This document shows, in pieces, positions 57,701 through 64,000 of a DNA stretch of 64,000 bases. The stretch's first letter is position 1. Each line of letters starts with the position of its first letter. The translations under genes and the position numbers were made by a program. The notes below the pieces were generated by a model. The model searched no databases. It was not told where the DNA came from and saw only the letters and a list, made by a program, of their open reading frames with translations. The stretch is from NCBI RefSeq assembly GCF_000026545.1, contig NC_011601.1. One strand, given 5' to 3'. The DNA is from Escherichia coli O127:H6 str. E2348/69 (GTDB lineage: Bacteria; Pseudomonadota; Gammaproteobacteria; Enterobacterales; Enterobacteriaceae).

Positions 57701-58645
57701 ATGAAGCTTAAGAACACCCTCCTGGCGTCGGCACTGCTTTCTGCTACGGCATTCTCCGTTAACGCAGCAACAGAACTGACACCGGAGCAAGCGGCAGCGG
57801 TTAAACCTTTTGACCGTGTAGTGGTTACCGGTCGTTTTAATGCTATTGGCGAAGCGGTGAAAGCCGTTTCTCGTCGCGCAGATAAAGAAGGTGCCGCCTC
57901 TTTTTATGTTGTCGACACTTCTGATTTTGGTAACAGCGGTAACTGGCGTGTGGTCGCTGACCTCTATAAAGCCGATGCTGAAAAAGCAGAAGAAACAAGT
58001 AATCGCGTAATTAACGGTGTTGTCGAACTGCCGAAAGATCAGGCTGTTCTGATTGAACCGTTTGACACGGTCACCGTCCAGGGCTTCTATCGTAGCCAGC
58101 CAGAAGTCAATGATGCCATCACCAAAGCGGCAAAAGCGAAAGGTGCCTACTCTTTCTACATTGTTCGTCAAATCGATGCCAACCAGGGTGGTAACCAGCG
58201 TATTACTGCATTCATCTATAAAAAAGATGCTAAGAAACGTATCGTCCAGAGCCCGGATGTCATCCCGGCAGATTCCGAAGCAGGACGTGCAGCTCTGGCT
58301 GCCGGTGGCGAAGCCGCGAAGAAAGTTGAGATCCCGGGTGTTGCGACTACCGCATCACCAAGTTCTGAAGTCGGTCGCTTCTTTGAAACCCAGTCATCAA
58401 AAGGCGGGCGTTACACCGTCACGCTCCCGGACGGCACTAAAGTCGAAGAACTGAACAAAGCGACAGCAGCGATGATGGTCCCGTTCGACAGCATCAAATT
58501 CTCTGGCAACTACGGCAACATGACCGAAGTCTCCTATCAGGTTGCGAAACGTGCCGCGAAGAAAGGTGCTAAGTATTACCACATCACCCGCCAGTGGCAG
58601 GAACGTGGTAATAACCTGACCGTCAGCGCAGATCTGTATAAATAA
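57701..58645 (+). CDS. ydgH: periplasmic protein YdgH (DUF1471 repeats)
   Basis: 314-aa protein with signal peptide and three internal repeats, matching YdgH. Confidence 0.9.
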   Translation: MKLKNTLLASALLSATAFSVNAATELTPEQAAAVKPFDRVVVTGRFNAIGEAVKAVSRRADKEGAASFYVVDTSDFGNSGNWRVVADLYKADAEKAEETSNRVINGVVELPKDQAVLIEPFDTVTVQGFYRSQPEVNDAITKAAKAKGAYSFYIVRQIDANQGGNQRITAFIYKKDAKKRIVQSPDVIPADSEAGRAALAAGGEAAKKVEIPGVATTASPSSEVGRFFETQSSKGGRYTVTLPDGTKVEELNKATAAMMVPFDSIKFSGNYGNMTEVSYQVAKRAAKKGAKYYHITRQWQERGNNLTVSADLYK

Positions 58646-58830
58646 CTATTCAGTTACTCCTATAAGGCGGCTTGATGCCGCCTTTCGCATTTTTAGTCAT
58701 AAATTTCCCTGCGACCATTGCATGCAGACACATCTCTTCGTAAAATCCCGCGCTTCAGTGGCAAACTCCATTTTTATGCGTTTTGCCCTAATATTTATTC
58801 TTCTTGTCACGTTTTAATCACTGGATATCG

Positions 58831-60213
58831 ATGGAAAAGAAACTGGGACTGAGCGCACTCACCGCGCTGGTATTAAGCTCAATGCTGGGCGCGGGTGTTT
58901 TCAGTCTGCCGCAAAATATGGCGGCAGTTGCCAGCCCGGCAGCACTGCTCATCGGCTGGGGTATTACTGGCGCTGGCATTTTATTGCTGGCCTTTGCCAT
59001 GCTGATCCTCACGCGCATTCGCCCCGAACTTGACGGCGGTATCTTTACCTATGCCCGCGAAGGGTTTGGCGAGCTAATCGGCTTTTGTTCCGCATGGGGA
59101 TACTGGCTGTGCGCGGTCATCGCCAACGTCTCCTATCTGGTGATCGTTTTTTCCGCGTTAAGCTTTTTTACGGACACGCCGGAATTGCGCCTGTTTGGCG
59201 ATGGTAATACCTGGCAATCGATCGTCGGTGCATCGGCTTTATTGTGGATTGTTCACTTTTTGATCCTGCGCGGGGTGCAAACCGCTGCCAGCATTAACCT
59301 TGTGGCGACACTGGCAAAATTGTTGCCGTTGGGTCTGTTTGTTGTGCTGGCGATAATGATGTTCAAACTGGATACCTTCAAGCTCGACTTCACCGGACTT
59401 GCACTTGGCGTACCCGTGTGGGAACAGGTGAAAAACACCATGCTGATCACCCTGTGGGTTTTCATTGGTGTGGAAGGTGCCGTGGTTGTTTCTGCGCGTG
59501 CGCGTAATAAGCGTGATGTTGGCAAAGCGACACTGCTGGCGGTTCTCTCCGCTCTGGGCGTTTATTTGCTGGTAACGCTGCTTTCGCTGGGCGTGGTGGC
59601 ACGTCCTGAACTGGCTGAAATTCGTAACCCGTCAATGGCCGGTCTGATGGTGGAAATGATGGGACCGTGGGGCGAAATCATCATCGCTGCCGGTTTGATC
59701 GTTTCCGTTTGCGGCGCGTACTTAAGCTGGACCATCATGGCAGCAGAAGTTCCGTTCCTTGCAGCCACTCATAAAGCATTCCCACGCATTTTTGCGCGCC
59801 AGAACGCACAAGCTGCGCCATCCGCTTCACTGTGGCTGACCAACATCTGCGTGCAAATTTGTCTGGTGCTCATCTGGCTGACCGGTTCCGATTACAACAC
59901 ATTGCTGACCATCGCCTCAGAAATGATTCTGGTGCCCTATTTCCTGGTCGGCGCGTTCTTGCTGAAAATCGCAACCCGTCCACTGCATAAGGCGGTAGGT
60001 GTCGGTGCCTGCATTTATGGCTTATGGTTATTGTACGCCTCTGGTCCAATGCATCTGCTGTTGTCCGTCGTTCTGTATGCGCCAGGGCTACTGGTCTTCC
60101 TGTACGCGCGTAAAACGCATACACATGATAATGTACTGAATCGTCAGGAAATGGTGCTGATTGGCATGCTGTTAATTGCCTCAGTTCCGGCGACCTGGAT
60201 GCTGGTGGGATAA
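58831..60213 (+). CDS. ydgI: APC-family putative arginine:ornithine antiporter
   Basis: 460-aa protein from MEKKLGLSALTALVLSSMLGAGVFSLPQN, matching YdgI. Confidence 0.9.
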   Translation: MEKKLGLSALTALVLSSMLGAGVFSLPQNMAAVASPAALLIGWGITGAGILLLAFAMLILTRIRPELDGGIFTYAREGFGELIGFCSAWGYWLCAVIANVSYLVIVFSALSFFTDTPELRLFGDGNTWQSIVGASALLWIVHFLILRGVQTAASINLVATLAKLLPLGLFVVLAIMMFKLDTFKLDFTGLALGVPVWEQVKNTMLITLWVFIGVEGAVVVSARARNKRDVGKATLLAVLSALGVYLLVTLLSLGVVARPELAEIRNPSMAGLMVEMMGPWGEIIIAAGLIVSVCGAYLSWTIMAAEVPFLAATHKAFPRIFARQNAQAAPSASLWLTNICVQICLVLIWLTGSDYNTLLTIASEMILVPYFLVGAFLLKIATRPLHKAVGVGACIYGLWLLYASGPMHLLLSVVLYAPGLLVFLYARKTHTHDNVLNRQEMVLIGMLLIASVPATWMLVG

Positions 60214-60249
60214 CGTTCATCCCATCGTTGGATAGCAAAGGAGATAACG

Positions 60250-60972
60250 ATGGGTAAAGTCCAGCCCTTGCCAATATTAATTACTGGCGGTGGTCGTCGC
60301 ATCGGCCTCGCCCTCGCCTGGCATTTCATTAATCAAAAGCAACCGGTGATTGTCAGCTATCGGACGCACTATCCCGCCATTGATGGACTGATTAACGCAG
60401 GTGCGCAGTGTATTCAGGCTGATTTTTCGACCAACGACGGTGTGATGGCGTTTGCCGATGAAGTACTAAAAAGCACCCATGGCCTGCGTGCTATTTTGCA
60501 TAACGCCAGCGCGTGGATGGCAGAAAAACCAGGTACACCACTGACCGACGTACTGGCTTGCATGATGCAGATCCACGTTAATACCCCATACCTACTCAAC
60601 CATGCACTGGAAAGATTACTGCGTGGGCACGGACACGCCGCCAGCGATATCATTCACTTTACCGATTATGTGGTGGAGCGCGGTAGCGACAAACATATTG
60701 CCTATGCTGCAAGCAAAGCGGCACTGGATAATATGACCCGCTCGTTTGCCCGCAAGCTGGCACCGGAAGTGAAAGTGAATTCTATTGCGCCATCGCTAAT
60801 CCTGTTTAATGAACATGATGATGCCGAATATCGACAACAGGCGCTGAATAAATCACTGATGAAAACAGCGCCTGGCGCGAAAGAAGTGATCGACCTGGTC
60901 GATTACTTACTTACCAGCTGCTTTGTCACCGGACGCAGTCTCCCACTTGATGGCGGTCGTCATCTGCGTTAA
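60250..60972 (+). CDS. folM: dihydromonapterin reductase (SDR family)
   Basis: 240-aa SDR with ITGGGRRIG nucleotide-binding motif, matching FolM. Confidence 0.9.
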   Translation: MGKVQPLPILITGGGRRIGLALAWHFINQKQPVIVSYRTHYPAIDGLINAGAQCIQADFSTNDGVMAFADEVLKSTHGLRAILHNASAWMAEKPGTPLTDVLACMMQIHVNTPYLLNHALERLLRGHGHAASDIIHFTDYVVERGSDKHIAYAASKAALDNMTRSFARKLAPEVKVNSIAPSLILFNEHDDAEYRQQALNKSLMKTAPGAKEVIDLVDYLLTSCFVTGRSLPLDGGRHLR

Positions 60973-61304
60973 TGCAGCTTAATCCAGCATATAATCAACA
61001 CCCATGCGCTTATTCCCCAGCACGCAACAGAACCAACAAAAGCAGCGGGCAAGCGCATCATTCCGGTGAAATACCATAGCGATGCCAGGTAAACAAAATA
61101 GGGAATAATCGACCACATACTAAAAATGATGGTTGCGCGTAAGGCTTCAATGCCGCGTTCGCTGGCAACAATATAATGCGCGATAAGCGCAAAGGTCGGG
61201 AAAAGTGGAATCAGCCCGGCGATATAATAATTTTTCGTTTTTGCTAAAACACCAATCAACAGCACTACCAGCGCACCGAGCGCGGCTTTGATTACCAGCC
61301 CCAT
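60969..61304 (-). CDS. ydgC: GlpM-family inner membrane protein
   Basis: 111-aa 4-TM protein matching YdgC. Confidence 0.85.
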   Translation of the reverse strand: MGLVIKAALGALVVLLIGVLAKTKNYYIAGLIPLFPTFALIAHYIVASERGIEALRATIIFSMWSIIPYFVYLASLWYFTGMMRLPAAFVGSVACWGISAWVLIICWIKLH

Positions 61305-61432
61305 CTTTTTACCTTAACACTTCCATAACAAGTCATCAGTAGAATACCTGATGAAACCTTGTTTAGAAACGATTGATAGTAAGTAAAAACAGTGCGGTGT
61401 ATTGTGACGTCTTTATATCTACCGTGAATGTT

Positions 61433-62152
61433 ATGAACACTATCGTATTTGTGGAAGATGATGCGGAAGTCGGTGCACTGATTGCCGCATACCTGGCAAA
61501 ACATGATATGCAGGTTACCGTAGAGCCGCGCGGCGACCGGGCCGAAGAAACTATTCTGCGAGAAAATCCGGATTTGGTGTTACTCGACATCATGCTACCA
61601 GGCAAGGACGGCATGACCATTTGTCGTGATTTACGCGCAAAGTGGTCCGGACCGATTGTTCTTCTAACCTCTCTCGATAGCGATATGAACCACATCCTGG
61701 CACTGGAAATGGGCGCCTGCGACTATATTCTCAAAACGACGCCCCCTGCTGTTTTGCTAGCGCGTTTACGTTTGCATTTGCGTCAGAATGAGCAAGCTAC
61801 AGTGACCAAAGGTATTCAGGAAACGTCTCTGACTCCCTACAAAGCCCTGCATTTCGGCACGTTGACCATCGATCCCATCAACCGCGTAGTCACCCTGGCT
61901 AACACTGAAATCTCGCTCTCGACAGCTGATTTCGAATTATTGTGGGAATTAGCTACCCATGCCGGGCAAATCATGGACCGCGATGCATTGCTGAAAAATT
62001 TACGCGGCGTCAGTTATGACGGTCTGGATCGTAGCGTGGACGTGGCTATTTCGCGGTTAAGAAAAAAACTGCTCGATAACGCCGCAGAACCTTATCGTAT
62101 TAAAACCGTGCGTAACAAAGGCTATCTTTTTGCGCCTCATGCGTGGGAATAA
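61433..62152 (+). CDS. rstA: two-component response regulator (OmpR family)
   Basis: receiver domain (DDAEVG, LLDIMLPGKDG) plus winged-helix output domain, matching RstA; start at MNTIVFVEDD. Confidence 0.9.
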   Translation: MNTIVFVEDDAEVGALIAAYLAKHDMQVTVEPRGDRAEETILRENPDLVLLDIMLPGKDGMTICRDLRAKWSGPIVLLTSLDSDMNHILALEMGACDYILKTTPPAVLLARLRLHLRQNEQATVTKGIQETSLTPYKALHFGTLTIDPINRVVTLANTEISLSTADFELLWELATHAGQIMDRDALLKNLRGVSYDGLDRSVDVAISRLRKKLLDNAAEPYRIKTVRNKGYLFAPHAWE

Positions 62153-62155
62153 GCG

Positions 62156-63457
62156 ATGAAAAAACTGTTTATCCAGTTTTACCTGTTATTGTTTGTCTGC
62201 TTCCTTGTGATGTCTCTGCTGGTCGGGCTGGTGTACAAATTTACCGCCGAACGCGCAGGCAAACAGTCGCTGGATGATTTGATGAACAGTTCGCTGTATC
62301 TGATGCGTAGCGAATTGCGTGAGATCCCCCCACACGACTGGGGTAAGACGCTGAAAGAGATGGATTTAAATCTCTCTTTCGATCTGCGTGTCGAGCCGCT
62401 GAGTAAATACCATCTTGATGATATTTCCATGCACCGGCTGCGTGGCGGCGAAATTGTCGCCCTGGACGATCAGTACACGTTTTTGCAACGTATCCCGCGC
62501 AGCCACTACGTGCTGGCAGTTGGTCCTGTTCCTTATCTTTATTACCTCCATCAGATGCGATTGCTGGATATCGCCCTGATCGCTTTTATTGCCATTTCCC
62601 TCGCCTTTCCGGTGTTTATCTGGATGCGTCCGCACTGGCAGGATATGTTAAAACTGGAAGCAGCGGCGCAACGATTTGGCGATGGGCATCTCAATGAACG
62701 TATCCACTTTGATGAGGGTTCGAGCTTTGAACGACTTGGTGTTGCATTTAACCAGATGGCGGACAATATCAACGCCTTGATTGCCAGCAAAAAACAGCTT
62801 ATTGACGGTATCGCTCACGAACTGCGAACACCGTTAGTGCGCCTGCGTTATCGACTGGAGATGAGCGATAACCTGAGCGCCGCCGAATCCCAGGCGTTGA
62901 ACCGCGATATCAGTCAACTTGAAGCTTTAATTGAAGAGCTTCTGACTTATGCCCGACTCGATCGCCCACAAAACGAGCTTCATCTTAGCGAACCAGACCT
63001 GCCGTTGTGGCTGTCAACGCATCTGGCAGACATTCAGGCAGTAACGCCCGATAAAACGGTACGGATAAAAACGCTCGCGCAAGGCCATTATGCGGCGTTG
63101 GATATGCGCTTAATGGAGCGTGTGCTGGATAATTTGCTCAATAACGCCCTGCGCTACTGTCATTCAACGGTTGAAACCAGCCTGCTACTGTCGGGGAATA
63201 GAGCGACATTAATTGTTGAGGATGATGGCCCAGGGATTGCCCCAGAAAACCGCGAACATATCTTTGAACCTTTTGTTCGCCTCGATCCCAGCCGGGATCG
63301 CTCAACCGGCGGCTGCGGGCTGGGGCTGGCAATTGTCCACTCTATAGCACTGGCAATGGGCGGTACGGTTAATTGTGACACCAGCGAACTGGGTGGTGCC
63401 CGCTTCTCGTTCAGCTGGCCGTTATGGCATAACATCCCGCAATTTACCTCTGCCTGA
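62156..63457 (+). CDS. rstB: two-component sensor histidine kinase
   Basis: 433-aa protein with H-box (IAHELRTPL) and G-box ATPase motifs, matching RstB. Confidence 0.9.
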   Translation: MKKLFIQFYLLLFVCFLVMSLLVGLVYKFTAERAGKQSLDDLMNSSLYLMRSELREIPPHDWGKTLKEMDLNLSFDLRVEPLSKYHLDDISMHRLRGGEIVALDDQYTFLQRIPRSHYVLAVGPVPYLYYLHQMRLLDIALIAFIAISLAFPVFIWMRPHWQDMLKLEAAAQRFGDGHLNERIHFDEGSSFERLGVAFNQMADNINALIASKKQLIDGIAHELRTPLVRLRYRLEMSDNLSAAESQALNRDISQLEALIEELLTYARLDRPQNELHLSEPDLPLWLSTHLADIQAVTPDKTVRIKTLAQGHYAALDMRLMERVLDNLLNNALRYCHSTVETSLLLSGNRATLIVEDDGPGIAPENREHIFEPFVRLDPSRDRSTGGCGLGLAIVHSIALAMGGTVNCDTSELGGARFSFSWPLWHNIPQFTSA

Positions 63458-63499
63458 CACTATGCGCACGGTGGTCAAGTCATCACCATTGTGCTATAA

Positions 63500-64000
<501 letters not shown>

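Noticed and set aside
57623-58171. 182-aa minus-strand ORF
   Set aside because: Antisense and overlapping ydgH, which is well supported.

Overview
Escherichia coli-like chromosomal segment from the replication-terminus region, running hipBA, tam, uxaB, sad, the mar locus, dcp, rspAB, ynfEFGH-dmsD, mlc, asr, pntAB, rstAB and the start of tus. About 57 kb is densely packed conserved core genes, identified by reading the translated ORFs against remembered E. coli K-12 proteins; no database search was run. The left ~6.5 kb is different: AT-rich accessory DNA littered with gene fragments. It carries a tightly coupled three-gene operon (Mrr-like PD-(D/E)xK nuclease, small protein, SMC/Rad50-like ABC ATPase with a CxxC hook) that I interpret as a Lamassu/ABC-3C-type candidate defence system. 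This is followed by an orphan ORF, a truncated retron-type reverse transcriptase and a degraded HTH/recombinase-like remnant, all abutting the hipBA toxin-antitoxin module. Relative to my recollection of K-12, this strain appears to lack the lsr block between hipB and tam, yneK, ydeI-ydeJ and the Qin prophage (ydfJ is intact), and it carries a frameshifted ynfK. No rRNA, tRNA, CRISPR array or intact IS element was recognised.
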